A stretch of DNA of 64,000 bases from Eledone cirrhosa. Its lineage: Eukaryota. The notes beneath the pieces are model-generated. The model ran no database searches and was not told where the DNA came from. It saw only the letters and a list, made by a program, of their open reading frames with translations. A program made the translations under genes and the position numbers. This document shows, piece by piece, positions 24,639-36,409 of this stretch (the stretch's first letter is position 1; the number at the start of each line of letters is the position of its first letter). The stretch covers positions 108,872,001-108,936,000 of the forward strand of contig OZ024745.1 of NCBI GenBank assembly GCA_964016885.1, in the 5' to 3' direction.

Positions 24639-27600
24639 CTACAGGCTGAGGTAGAGAGAAGGCCCATTCACACGGGCCATTCTCGCAACTTTCACCCACC
24701 TTTCATAAAACTGGCTGGAGTGGAGCACCTCTCTCTCCATCCTGATCCTTCTTCCGAAATGGTATCGGAAGAAAAGGACCAGTTGTTGGCCGGAGAGAAA
24801 GGTGTCCGACCTCAGCCCTTTCAGACGCGTCCACCATATAGCCTCTTTTACCATGGCTATTACACAGAGGAAGACCGCCTCTCCTTCATTTTTGAAGGGG
24901 GGAGGTGGCTTGATCGTTACAATGGACTCGGTGGTCAACCTAATTGGTCCCACCCGTGACAGCAGTCGTTCGACATAGCCCCACAGATCGGCAACGCCCG
25001 GGCAGTGCACCAATGCGTGCGCGACGGTTTCCTCGTCGCGCACGCATCTGGGACAGATCTTTTTCGAGGGGTCCCTACCCGGGCGCCCGTGTCTGTAGAG
25101 CTTATCCCGAACGGGCAGAGCCCCTCGGTAGCACTGCCAGGCCAAGGACTTCTGGAAGTTGTCCATAGGTCCCGGGCCGAAAGTCCTACCGAATAGACTG
25201 GCCAGTTCGTCCTCCTCCATGCCTAGGGCTTCTCCGAGGGCGTCGTCGCACCCGCTAACCACCAGCCCTCTATAGAATGACGAGGTGGAGTCTCCGTCGA
25301 TAGCCGGGTCCGCCTGCCAGAGAGCCGTGAGCGCCTGGGCACACTCGGTGTGCCAGTCGCCCAGTTTTCTCGGTCTTTGCTTCACCCAGGACTGCAGCTC
25401 GGTGAGCGAGACGAGCCTCGGGAAGGCTCGCCTCACAAACGGGGCCCACACCGGTTGACCGGTGAGGAATACGTGGAGGTGCCTTAGCCTCAATGCGTGT
25501 TTACGCATTTTTAGCCACGGCATCCCCAGCCCTCCTTTCAAAGGGTGTTGACAGCAGATGGATCTCCTCACCAGAGGAGACCTCTTCTTCCAAAGGAAAT
25601 AAAAGAGGGCGCGCTCCATTTTGGCGAGGATCTCACCCGGGCAAGGCACGACAGTCAAGCGGTAATAGATGACGGACGCTATGTAAGCATTCGCCACCTC
25701 CGCCCGACCTTTTAGGGATAGTTTGCACTCGGCCCACTTCTGGGTCAGTGCAAACACCCTATTCGTCACCTCACCCCAGTTTTTCTCCACCTGGAGGTCC
25801 GGTCCGAACCAGACCCCAAGCAACTTCACCGGGCCCTCCGTCCACCGTCCGACGATACCGTCGCACGACATCGCTTTGCCCCTCCACTCGCCGAGTTGCA
25901 AAGCGACTGACTTGTCCCGGTTCAGCTTAGCCCCTGTCAACCTTTCGTACTCCTCTAGTAAGGTGCCGATTGCCTCGATTTCCGAGGCGGTCGACACCAT
26001 TACTGTTACGTCATCGGCGTAGGCCGACACCGCTTTGCGCAATCCCGGTTCCAAAGGGATGCCCTGCAACAACTCCAACTTCCGCAGTAATGGCTCGAGA
26101 GTCAACACATACAGAAGGGAGGAGAGAGGGCACCCCTGTCGGATGGAGCGGGTGATTTCGAACGGCTCCGAAAGGTAGCCGTTCACCTTGACTCTAGAGC
26201 AGATGCGGCTGCTGTGCATGGCAGTGATCCAGCCCCTGAAGACGGGTCCGAACCCAGCCGCCGCTAGCACCGCATCCAGGTAACCATGGTCCACTCTATC
26301 GAACGCTTTAGACTGATCTAAATTTATCAGGGCCCCACCAAAGCCGGGTTCGTTCCCAACCCTCTCTATGATGTATCGCATGAGGTGGAGGTTGTCGTGG
26401 ATGGACCTGGACGGGATAGCGCATGTCTGCGCATCTCCCACCAGTCCCCCCACGACAAGCGCCAACCTCTTCGCTAACACCTTCGCCAAAATCTTTAACT
26501 CTGCATTTAGCAGAGTTATGGGCCTAAAATTACTAATGTCATCCCCCTTGTTCTCGTCCTTCCTCACTAGCGAGACTACGCCCTTGGTCACAGAACAGGG
26601 AATTCTCCCGTTCTGTTGCCAGTTGCAGTAGACCGCCTCGAGGAGATCGGGGAACAAGTCCGGCATATTAATATATAGTTCGTAGGGCAGACCATCGAGT
26701 CCTGGAGATTTGCGTTTGCCGCATAGGCTCAGCACGTCCCCTATTTCAGCAGCTGAGATCGGCCCGTCGCAGGACCTCGCCTCCCTGTCCGAAAGACGCG
26801 GCAGGCCGTCGAGGTATGGACCGAAATCCACATCTCCAACCGGCTCCCCGCCCCTCCCGAACAATTCGGCAAAGTGCCTTTGAAAGGCCTCGCACATTTG
26901 CTTAGGTTCAAGGATCAGCCGTCCATCCTGGTCTCGCAAAGACCGGATAGTGGATTTAATCCCACTTTTCGCTTCTGTCACGCGGGCCCAGCTAACAGCT
27001 TTGGTCCCCTCGTTTCCCAGAGCACGTATTTTGCTTCGGACAACGCAGCCTTCGTGTTTCGCGTCGAAGAACTGGTTCAAGACCGTTCTCGACGCTTGCA
27101 CTCTGGCCACGTTGCCGCTTCTCATTGCCTCTTCAACATTAACTACCAACTCCCTTTCCTTCCTATTTCTATCTGAGGCTAACTCCTTACTCACTCCTAT
27201 TGAAACTACTCTAATCTCTCTTTTTAGAGAGCCCCACCACCTGTTGTTGACGATGGCGCCCGTCAACTGCTCCTTAACTAAGGTTCTAATCCGGTCCCTG
27301 TAAGCTCTACTTGCCGGTAAGGACAAGTTGAGCTTCCAGTAACCGGGCCCCTGCCTATGCGTTCTATCAAGGTGGACTACGCAGGTCACTAACTTGTGGT
27401 CTGAATAGCCCACCATGAGCATTTCTGGACAACTTAAAAAGTCCCTATCCTTAATTCTAACTAAGAACCTATCTAGGTACGATCTAGATTGACCACTGTT
27501 ATTTGACCAGGTCCAGGTTGGTACAGTCGGAAAATCTAGTCGGTATCTATCGGCCAGGTCGAATCGGCCGATTAACCCCTTAAGGCTGTTACACCCCCCT

Positions 27601-28076
27601 CTATCGGGACATGCCCCTACATAGTCCCAACGTGCATCTAGGATACCATTCCAGTCCCCCACTAAAAGCAAGGAGCGGGACGTCCCTAGAAAAGTCTCCA
27701 GACGATGGAAGAAGTCCGACCGCATTGCCCCAAAAGGGGCGTATACGGCGACAAGCCTAAAAGCTTCGCCTTCGCCATTGCCAAGGTCCAGAACCACGAG
27801 TCGACCCTCCGGGTCCAAGTGTACCGTCTGTGTAGCGAGACCCAGATGTTTTTGCAGCAGAACGACAACCCCACCCCCACCTCCGGGCTGACAGAGAGAT
27901 GCGTGCATCTCAAAGTCATCAAAGGTGGGGGTTAGCTGTCGCATGCTGCTGATCCGGGCCTCGCAAATAACCATCACATTTACACATTGTGACCTGAGGT
28001 CACTTAGAAGTTTAGCTTGCTTCCAAGGTGAGCCCAGGCCACGCGCATTTAGACAACCCACTCTTAAGACAGCCAT
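24639..28076 (-). CDS. ORF2: apurinic-like endonuclease + reverse transcriptase + C-terminal CCHC zinc motif (1145 aa)
   Basis: APE motifs CLNARGL, GDWN, TWTW, YLDRFLV, SDH; RT motifs KSPGLDGL, FRPITLLN, LDQSKAFDRV, QGCPLS, YADD; CPRC-x7-H-x4-C near the C-terminus; no stops or frameshifts. Confidence 0.96.
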   Translation of the reverse strand: MAVLRVGCLNARGLGSPWKQAKLLSDLRSQCVNVMVICEARISSMRQLTPTFDDFEMHASLCQPGGGGGVVVLLQKHLGLATQTVHLDPEGRLVVLDLGNGEGEAFRLVAVYAPFGAMRSDFFHRLETFLGTSRSLLLVGDWNGILDARWDYVGACPDRGGCNSLKGLIGRFDLADRYRLDFPTVPTWTWSNNSGQSRSYLDRFLVRIKDRDFLSCPEMLMVGYSDHKLVTCVVHLDRTHRQGPGYWKLNLSLPASRAYRDRIRTLVKEQLTGAIVNNRWWGSLKREIRVVSIGVSKELASDRNRKERELVVNVEEAMRSGNVARVQASRTVLNQFFDAKHEGCVVRSKIRALGNEGTKAVSWARVTEAKSGIKSTIRSLRDQDGRLILEPKQMCEAFQRHFAELFGRGGEPVGDVDFGPYLDGLPRLSDREARSCDGPISAAEIGDVLSLCGKRKSPGLDGLPYELYINMPDLFPDLLEAVYCNWQQNGRIPCSVTKGVVSLVRKDENKGDDISNFRPITLLNAELKILAKVLAKRLALVVGGLVGDAQTCAIPSRSIHDNLHLMRYIIERVGNEPGFGGALINLDQSKAFDRVDHGYLDAVLAAAGFGPVFRGWITAMHSSRICSRVKVNGYLSEPFEITRSIRQGCPLSSLLYVLTLEPLLRKLELLQGIPLEPGLRKAVSAYADDVTVMVSTASEIEAIGTLLEEYERLTGAKLNRDKSVALQLGEWRGKAMSCDGIVGRWTEGPVKLLGVWFGPDLQVEKNWGEVTNRVFALTQKWAECKLSLKGRAEVANAYIASVIYYRLTVVPCPGEILAKMERALFYFLWKKRSPLVRRSICCQHPLKGGLGMPWLKMRKHALRLRHLHVFLTGQPVWAPFVRRAFPRLVSLTELQSWVKQRPRKLGDWHTECAQALTALWQADPAIDGDSTSSFYRGLVVSGCDDALGEALGMEEDELASLFGRTFGPGPMDNFQKSLAWQCYRGALPVRDKLYRHGRPGRDPSKKICPRCVRDEETVAHALVHCPGVADLWGYVERLLSRVGPIRLTTESIVTIKPPPPFKNEGEAVFLCVIAMVKEAIWWTRLKGLRSDTFLSGQQLVLFFRYHFGRRIRMEREVLHSSQFYERWVKVARMARVNGPSLYLSL

Positions 28077-28099
28077 GTTGGTGGCAAAGAAAGAGGCAC

Positions 28100-29860
28100 T
28101 TACCTCTCTGCGTCCCGGGGTTCGGGTCGCTCAGTTTCCATGGGGCTGGTGGCGGGGTTGATGGGTGGGGTGGTGGTTTGTGGTGGTGTGGGGGTATTGG
28201 TGTGTGGAGGGGTTGGGATCTTTGGAGTTGTGTGGGTGTTTGAGGAGGGGAGGGGAAAACCTTTCAGGAGGACGCGGTTGAGTGGCCTGGTGCAGGGTGG
28301 GCCCACGTCCTCAGGGTACATGTCTTTTAAAGTTTTAAAAATGTCAAGTGGGATTTTCACCATTTTCAGGTTAGGGAGCCCCATTGCCGTTACGAAATTC
28401 GGCCCTTCGGTTTGTATCGAAGGGTTGGTTTCTATTTTTAAAGTTAGGTTTTCATTGTTTTTGTTTATGTATGTGTAGAGTTTTTGTGTTGTTGTGTTTG
28501 TTTTTGCTTGTTGTTGTTGAGTGAGTTTGCGTTTTATTGTCTGTGTTGTGTTGTCAGGTGGGGTTATTTTTGTTGTTGTGGTGTGTGTACGTTTTTTTCT
28601 TTTCACTTTTTGGAAGGGAGCCCCCTCGTCTTCCGACGATATGAGCTCCTCTTCCGTATTGGAGGGGAGGGGTATATCTCCGGGTTGTGTATGAACTGTT
28701 TTTGTATTTGTGTTCTGTGGGGTGGGGCTGGGTGGGACCGTGTTTTGGGTTGTTTTCTTGAGCTGTTGTTGATGTTGTTGTTGTTGTTGTGGTGGTGGTG
28801 GTGGTGGTGTTGTTGGTTTTTGTTGTTCTGGTGGTGATGGTAGTGTATTTTGTTGTTTTTGTGATGGTGGTGCTGGTTGTTTTTGTTGTTGTTGTGGTGT
28901 TTGTAGCAGTGGTTTTTTTGTTGTTAGTAGAGGGCAGGCCGTCCTCAGGTGACCTTTGCCAGCGCAGTGGTAACATGAGGGTCTCCTGCCTTCCACTGTG
29001 ATATTTATGTAGGTTCGCCCATTCAGTAGCACTCGGTCGGGTATTCCGGAGATTCTCTCAGGTGTCATCTGTAAGAGAACCTCCAGACTTTTCCCCCCGA
29101 ACAGTCCACTGGTGGACTCCCCTGCTGAAATTAGTATGTCCTTATCTAGGTCGGTAAATCCTGTTAGGACGGACCAGATGTTAATTTCTGGCGTAGGGCT
29201 CCACATTCTTATCCTTTGTGTTCTTCTTCCTTTATATGTGGGGAAGAAGGTGTAATGTGGTGACACTATAGGTGCCACCGAATATTTCTGAGCCAGCATT
29301 TCGTCCTTCATTCGGACCATAATGCTGGCATACAGCTTTCCTCTTTGAATAAAGAGTATGTCATTTTTAATTTCTTTCAGAACCAGCTCGATTTGACTTT
29401 CGGTCAATTGCGCTGGCTTTCTCGTTTCGTTGGTTATGGTTCTGTAGCTTACGGTATTCTTGTATATCTGTTCACGCACTTCTTCTGGGGAGTTGATCGT
29501 AAAAGAACCATCCTCCCCAAAAGATACGTATTTTCTAGCCTCTAGCAAATTTTCCTTGGCGTTCGTGATGTCAATGGCTTTGTATTCCGTGGCTCTCCTA
29601 AGTGTTTGGGCAAAAGAAATTTTGTCTTTGTTTGTTGTTGTAATGTTGTTGGTTTCCTTATTTGTGGTGCTATTTTTTTCTTCAAAATTAATTTTTTCAT
29701 TTGAATTGAAATTCTTTTTTTCATTGGAGAGGAGGGGTTGTTCAACAGTTTGAATTGTTGTTCCCTCTTTCCCGCTTGTTTTTTTGGTCGGCGTGGCGTT
29801 CGCTTCCAATATGGCGATATCGTTTTCGACGATATCGTTATCAACGATATCGATAAACAT
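28100..29860 (-). CDS. ORF1: gag-like nucleic-acid-binding protein with one CCHC zinc knuckle (586 aa)
   Basis: Long ORF directly upstream of ORF2; CYHCAGKGHLRTAC (C-x2-C-x4-H-x4-C) followed by a Q/P/T-rich region and a basic KVKRKKR patch, typical of Tx1 ORF1. Confidence 0.9.
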   Translation of the reverse strand: MFIDIVDNDIVENDIAILEANATPTKKTSGKEGTTIQTVEQPLLSNEKKNFNSNEKINFEEKNSTTNKETNNITTTNKDKISFAQTLRRATEYKAIDITNAKENLLEARKYVSFGEDGSFTINSPEEVREQIYKNTVSYRTITNETRKPAQLTESQIELVLKEIKNDILFIQRGKLYASIMVRMKDEMLAQKYSVAPIVSPHYTFFPTYKGRRTQRIRMWSPTPEINIWSVLTGFTDLDKDILISAGESTSGLFGGKSLEVLLQMTPERISGIPDRVLLNGRTYINITVEGRRPSCYHCAGKGHLRTACPLLTTKKPLLQTPQQQQKQPAPPSQKQQNTLPSPPEQQKPTTPPPPPPQQQQQHQQQLKKTTQNTVPPSPTPQNTNTKTVHTQPGDIPLPSNTEEELISSEDEGAPFQKVKRKKRTHTTTTKITPPDNTTQTIKRKLTQQQQAKTNTTTQKLYTYINKNNENLTLKIETNPSIQTEGPNFVTAMGLPNLKMVKIPLDIFKTLKDMYPEDVGPPCTRPLNRVLLKGFPLPSSNTHTTPKIPTPPHTNTPTPPQTTTPPINPATSPMETERPEPRDAER

Positions 29861-30149
29861 TTCTCAAATATTTATTTTTCACCCCAAGAGGGGTGAAAAT
29901 ATATTTACCCGACGTCTAGAGTCCCAGACTAGGGGTTACAGTTAATTATACAAAATAATTCAAAAAAATCCACTCACAAAATTAGCAGGTAAAAATCCAA
30001 ATCACAGAGCGATATGACACACGTCTACTATCCTCAGCCAGACAGACAGACAGATAGATAGCCTGACATACATATAGACATACAGGCAGACAGACATACA
30101 GCCAGCCTGACATACATATAGACATACATACAGACATACATACAGACAG

Positions 30150-31980
30150 ACAGACAGACAGCGAAGCAGACAGACATATAGACATACAGCCAGCGAGACA
30201 GACAGACAGACAGCGAAGCAGACAGACATATAGACATACAGCCAGCGAGACAGACAGACAGACAGCGAAGCAGACAGACATATAGACATACAGCCAGCGA
30301 GACAGACAGACAGACAGCGAAGCAGACAGACATATAGACATACAGCCAGCGAGACAAACAGACAGACAGCGAAGCAGACAGACATATAGACATACAGCCA
30401 GCGAGACAGACAGACAGACAGCGAAGCAGACAGACATATAGACATACAGCCAGCGAGACAAACAGACAGACAGCGAAGCAGACAGACATATAGACATACA
30501 GCCAGCGAGACAGACAGACAGACAGACAGCGAAGCAGACAGACATATAGACATACAGCCAGCGAGACAGACAGACAGACAGCGAAGCAGACAGACATATA
30601 GACATACAGCCAGCGAGACAAACAGACAGACAGCGAAGCAGACAGACATATAGACATACAGCCAGCGAGACAGACAGACAGACAGCGAAGCAGACAGACA
30701 TATAGACATACAGCCAGCGAGACAGACAGACAGACAGCGAAGCAGACAGACATATAGACATACAGCCAGCGAGACAAACAGACAGACAGCGAAGCAGACA
30801 GACATATAGACATACAGCCAGCGAGACAGACAGACAGACAGCGAAGCAGACAGACATATAGACATACAGCCAGCGAGACAGACAGACAGACAGCGAAGCA
30901 GACAGACATATAGACATTTAGCCAACCAGACAGACATATAGACATACAGCCAACCAAACAGACTGTTAGGCATACAGCCAGCGAGACAAACAGACAGACA
31001 GCGAAGCAGACAGACATATAGACATACAGCCAGCGAGACAGACAGACAGACAGCGAAGCAGACAGACATATAGACATACAGCCAGCGAGACAAACAGACA
31101 GACAGCGAAGCAGACAGACATATAGACATACAGCCAGCGAGACAGACAGACAGACAGCGAAGCAGACAGACATATAGACATACAGCCAGCGAGACAGGCA
31201 GACAGACAGCGAAGCAGACAGACATATAGACATACAGCCAGCGAGACAGGCAGACAGACAGCGAAGCAGACAGACATATAGACATACAGCCAGCGAGACA
31301 GACAGACAGACAGCGAAGCAGACAGACATATAGACATACAGCCAGCGAGACAGACAGACAGACAGCGAAGCAGACAGACATATAGACATACAGCCAGCGA
31401 GACAGACAGACAGACAGCGAAGCAGACAGACATATAGACATACAGCCAGCGAGACAGACAGACAGACAGCGAAGCAGACAGACATATAGACATACAGCCA
31501 GCGAGACAGACAGACAGACAGCGAAGCAGACAGACATATAGACATACAGCCAGCGAGACAGACAGACAGACAGCGAAGCAGACAGACATATAGACATACA
31601 GCCAGCGAGACAGACAGACAGACAGCGAAGCAGACAGACATATAGACATACAGCCAGCGAGACAGGCAGACAGACAGCGAAGCAGACAGACATATAGACA
31701 TACAGCCAGCGAGACAGGCAGACAGACAGCCAGCGAGACAAACAGACAGACAGCGAAGCAGACAGACATATAGACATACAGCCAGCGAGACAGGCAGACA
31801 GACAGCCAGCGAGACAGGCAGACAGACAACGAAGCAGACAGACATATAGACATACAGCCAGCGAGACAGGCAGACAGCGAGACAGACATATAGACATACA
31901 GCCAGCCAAGCAGACTGTTAGGCATACAGCCAGCGAGACAAACAGACAGACAACGAAGCAGACAAACATATAGACATACA
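30150..31980. repeat. 52-bp minisatellite (~35 copies) built from GACA units
   Basis: Unit GACATACAGCCAGCGAGACAGACAGACAGACAGCGAAGCAGACAGACATATA, period 52 (30181, 30233, 30285...). Confidence 0.95.
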
Positions 31981-33197
31981 GTCAGTAAGACAGGTCGTCA
32001 GGCATACATACAGCCAGCCAGAGAGACAGAGAGATTGACATACAGTCAGCGAGACAGACAGACAGACAGACATATAAACATACATATAAACATACAGTCA
32101 GCGAGACAGCGAGACAGCGAGACAGCGAGACAGACATATAAACATGCATCTAGACATCATACATTACATATAGACAGACAGTCAGTCAGATATACATATA
32201 CAGTTACAAGCATACATGAGCAGTTAAATTCTGACGGAATTGTAAGGGCGCCATCTTGGACATTTGTAGACCTGGTGGAGCCCATCCCTAACTAGGTCTT
32301 AACACAACTGATTTCTTCCAGAGAAAGAAGAATAAGTGAGAACGAGATACACAGGGAAAAAAATCAACCCTAGTACTTAACTGGTACTTTATTTATCGAC
32401 TCCAAGTGGATGTAAACAGAAGAATTTGAACTAAGAACGCAGGGAACTAGAACGATTACAGCAACGCATTCTATCTGACGTTCAAACGATTCTGCCAATT
32501 CGCTGCCTATACAGTATGATAGATAAGCTCATGTATACAGTCAGCACAGCCAGCCTCTCAGACATATAGTCAGGTATACAAATATACACACATCTTGTCT
32601 TATATCCCAACATATCCGATATCCCTGTATCACAAACGTTACTTTATCACTCTGTAAACACTTCTATCTCCCATCTCTCAACTACGACTACGTCTCCTAC
32701 CTCTGGAGACAGGACATTGACATCACTACCATTTCTAGAAGCACCCACAATAACATGCTACCAATTCCGACCCTACCATCACCGCCACCAACACCACCAC
32801 CACCACCACCACCACCACAACCACCACCACCATCACCACCGTAGTCTGTATACACTATAAACAGCTTTAAGCTATTGACCTCTCCGTGGACAGAAGATGG
32901 GCATTCTTTCTTTTAATTTTTTTTTATGAAGATCTAAGACGAGAAACTAATTAGATTGTTCCCACTGTTTCTGGCCGCTGAGAGATGTCGCCACTTGGTT
33001 TATTTTTTGCATCGAGGCTCAAATACATAATTCTTTGATTTATATATATATATATATATATATGTAGATAAATCTACCAAGAGTTTACGGTAGTGTCCAA
33101 TCCGTATGAAGAACTCAATGTAATCCGGATATCATGGAAAGAAGAGATGCAATGAAAAATCACTTTCGGTGAAAGATAAACGGAATACAGAGTCAAG

Positions 33198-33409
33198 ATA
33201 AAATATTAAAAAAATAATGAATAAAACAATGAAACAGTTCCTTATATTAATTTTGATAGCTTGTATAATTTTGTATAATTTTGTACATAGATCTGTTGAA
33301 TATGCATGCCAATTCTAACACATATATATCCTAGAAACGATCGTTAAATAATGAACTTTTTTTGTTTAATATAAGGAACTGTTTCATTGTTTTATTCATT
33401 ATTTTTTTA

Positions 33410-33418
<9 letters not shown>
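33198..33418. repeat. AT-rich inverted repeat with ~53-bp arms
   Basis: 33198-33250 versus 33366-33418, ending in (TA)n. Confidence 0.8.
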
Positions 33419-33446
<28 letters not shown>

Positions 33447-33544
33447 ATAAACGTGCTGCGTGGTTGCAAATGGGTTACATATGAATAAAGTGGTCCTTCA
33501 TCAGTGATCTTCCAACCATCATCGGTATTTCTTCGCTTTAAAGA

Positions 33545-33584
<40 letters not shown>

Positions 33585-33879
33585 TTACTGGTTTCAGTCC
33601 TTAGGCTGTCGTCATGTTGGGACACCGACTTGAAAGGATTAAGTTTGAAAGGATTAAGTCGATTACATTGACCCCAGTGCTCCACCAGGTTTAAAAAATG
33701 CTCAAGACATGCCATGTGTCACTACGGCGCTTTACGACTCTATCAGGAGTCACTGGGTCATACAAAAAAAAAAAAAAAAGAAATTGACCCCTGTTTCCAC
33801 CTTTTCAAATCTAGTAATTATTTTGTAGATTGTCGAATAATTCGTCCTTCTTCACCCACTTATTCCTGGGTTAGTGTCG

Positions 33880-34215
33880 TCAGACGCACCATCCAGATGG
33901 TCCTAGCAAAAGCAACCGTCTCCAATTGATCCGGCTGAATCTCCAAGCAAGACCCTCCGAGGTTTGGGATATTATCCACTTTGATCGGGGTCTACCTCTG
34001 GTTCTTCTGCCGGTTGGTTTTGTCCGCAAAATCTACCCAGTGATTCTTTCCTTAGACTAGATACCCTAACCACATGCCTGTAATACCGGAGTTGTGATTT
34101 TTCGATTCGAAGAAACAGCAGCTCGACATGGAGCGGCTCTCTGATCTCCGATCTATGCACCCTATCGAGTAATGTTACTACACAGACTCTTTGGAGGAAC
34201 CCCTTTTCGATCACT
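33880..34215 (-). mobile_element. RTE-clade LINE 3' fragment
   Basis: FLQRVCVVTLLDRVHRSEIRE.L..E.L.LRIEKSQLRYYRHVVR. Confidence 0.8.
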
Positions 34216-35164
34216 TGTGTTTGCGATCATATTCTTTAGGGCATTTCTCAACCTTCAAGTTGACACGAACACAAAATTGAAGATAGTAACTTTGGTTTTT
34301 ACCCTTTTTGTTGAACCGCTAGGCGACCAAATTTCACTCACAAAGCATTGGTCAACTGGATGTCATAGTAGAAGACACTTGACCAAGGTGGCTCGCAAAT
34401 TATAGATTACAAATTAACAAATAAATAAATAAACGCTTTGTGGTACATTATAAGTTTATACACGTTATAAGTTTATACTTGAGGAAAATTCTGTTGCTAT
34501 TTCTAGCATACCGAGCGACCGCACAGGTGCTTCCTCGATGGCTATCTCTCGCAATCGATCAGTTCAAGTTACGATCGGTCACGATCCGGCTCGACTCTGG
34601 AATCTATAGCTCATCAGATTTGTGGATTTCAAATGACCGATGATCATACCTTGAGCTAATCAATTGCGAAACGTGCACCATGTGAATAAAATAGGTATCT
34701 ATATTACCAAAAACAGAGAATGTCTGTTTGTCTGTCTGTCTGTCTGTACAATCACTAAAGCTCGAGAACCACCCAACCAATTTTTTTCAAACTTTACACA
34801 TGTAATACTTATGGTCTTATTGAGTGTTCTGAGCAAAAAAAAAATTAAATTTTCAATGCCCTAGGGACCGCATTAGGCGATTAAGTGATCTCTTTCTCTC
34901 TCTCTTAGTCTTTCTCTTTTTAGATAGAGACATAGATAAGACGTAGCGCCCTTATAATATCTGTCTGTATGCCTGACTGTCTGCATTACGTCATTATGAC
35001 GCGATCAGTGTGTGTGTGTGTGTATGTATATATAGTGTGTGTGTATATATATATATTCTTATGCCAGGGGACGTCTTCACGAACCAAAGTATCGTTTTCC
35101 TGTTCTCCTTCGGCTGCAATGTTTTGCGAAATATTTACATCTACGTTCACAGATTGATTTTTTT

Positions 35165-35215
35165 AGTTTCAGAAGATCCCGTTAAGGGTGAAAGCAGCGA
35201 TTCTTTGCTTAAACT
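35165..35215 (+). ncRNA. Hammerhead-like motif with variant core CAGAAGA (family C), copy 1
   Basis: AGTTT-CAGAAGA-T-CCC gttaa GGG-T-GAAA-GCA gcgattctt TGC-TT|AAACT; all three stems pair. Confidence 0.62.
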
Positions 35216-35478
35216 TTAATCTGTTATTTTAATATAAATATTCGTGTACAGATATTTTTGCATACACAAAAACAAAATATATACAAACAAGGCCGGCGAT
35301 TACATAATCACATGCATCACTGACAGATATTTTTTCATACACAAAAACAAAATATAAACAAACAAGGCCAACGATTACATCAGTTAGTCTTAGTGTACTT
35401 CATACTGCTTTAAGGTAGAAGATCCCGTTAAGGGCGAAGGCAGTGATTCATTTTCTGCGTTCACAGATTGATTTTTTT

Positions 35479-35529
35479 AGTTTCAGAAGATCCCGTTAAG
35501 GGTGAAAGCAGCAATTCTTTGCTTAAACT
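35479..35529 (+). ncRNA. Hammerhead-like motif with variant core CAGAAGA (family C), copy 2
   Basis: Direct repeat of 35165-35215, 314 nt downstream. Confidence 0.62.
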
Positions 35530-35540
35530 TTAATATGTTA

Positions 35541-35576
<36 letters not shown>

Positions 35577-35580
<4 letters not shown>

Positions 35581-35749
35581 AACGAGTAGGACCCCGACGA
35601 CTGAGCTCAAGCCGTTTCGACGGCTAATTCTGGACTAATTCTGGACTTTTAGTCCAGAATTAGCCGTCGATTACCCACTCTACTACTCTAAGTATTGAGT
35701 ACTTTGGTGCGTTATGATCCACCTGGTTCCTTACCACATTTCCTTCGTT
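35577..35749 (+). mobile_element. Family F fold-back element (internally deleted)
   Basis: Same family, nested in (TA)n inside the Helitron. Confidence 0.7.
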
Positions 35750-35817
35750 ATATATATATATATAAAGTACCAGTAATGCACTGGTAATTGCTGGCCTTGT
35801 GCCTAAAGTAGAAACAG

Positions 35818-35852
<35 letters not shown>

Positions 35853-36409
35853 TATATTCGTGTACAGATATTTTTGCATACACAATAACAAAATATAAAC
35901 AAACGTATTTATTTCACGAGGCTCGATAAGGATAAATATATATCAAATATATAAGAACACTAGAGTAAATCCCGAACAACGCCGGGCCATTCTGCTAGTA
36001 AGTTGCTAAATTGATACTTCGTTCCCACTTACTTATTATTGACACTCTGCTTGTTACGGATACCAAAACAAAAGTGACAAATCCTATATTGGTAACTGGG
36101 TTCATGTTATAACATTGAGTGTTCAAACTGGTACCTTATGATTAGAAAGAGAACTTCTTATCGTAATAGCATCACTAAGATTGGTATGGGTTGTGTGTAT
36201 GTGTGTATACGAGAGTAAATGTTTGAAACTTACACAAACGGCGTTTTATTATGCTTGGTTAACGACCCCGGATTGAATGAAAGCAAAGTCGACCTTAAGT
36301 TGGGAAGGAGATAAGAGGTGTATCAAATTAGTAAAGTTGTTTAATACGGCACTTAATCAATTTTGCCGCCCTGAATGTTGAATTCATTATCAAATAATAT
36401 TGTATGTGA

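Larger units (their letters stand above)
34698..35998 (+). mobile_element. Non-autonomous Helitron
   Basis: 5' A|TCTATATT with (GTCT)n; 3' hairpin CCCG.ACAACG.CCGGG followed by CTAG|T (A|T target, no TSD). Confidence 0.72.

Noticed and set aside
24552-29753. Plus-strand ORFs overlapping the LINE
   Set aside because: Antisense shadows of GC-rich coding sequence with no recognisable motifs.
29982-31969. Long ORFs of 311-655 aa upstream of ORF1
   Set aside because: They arise from a stop-free 52-bp minisatellite and are open in several frames.
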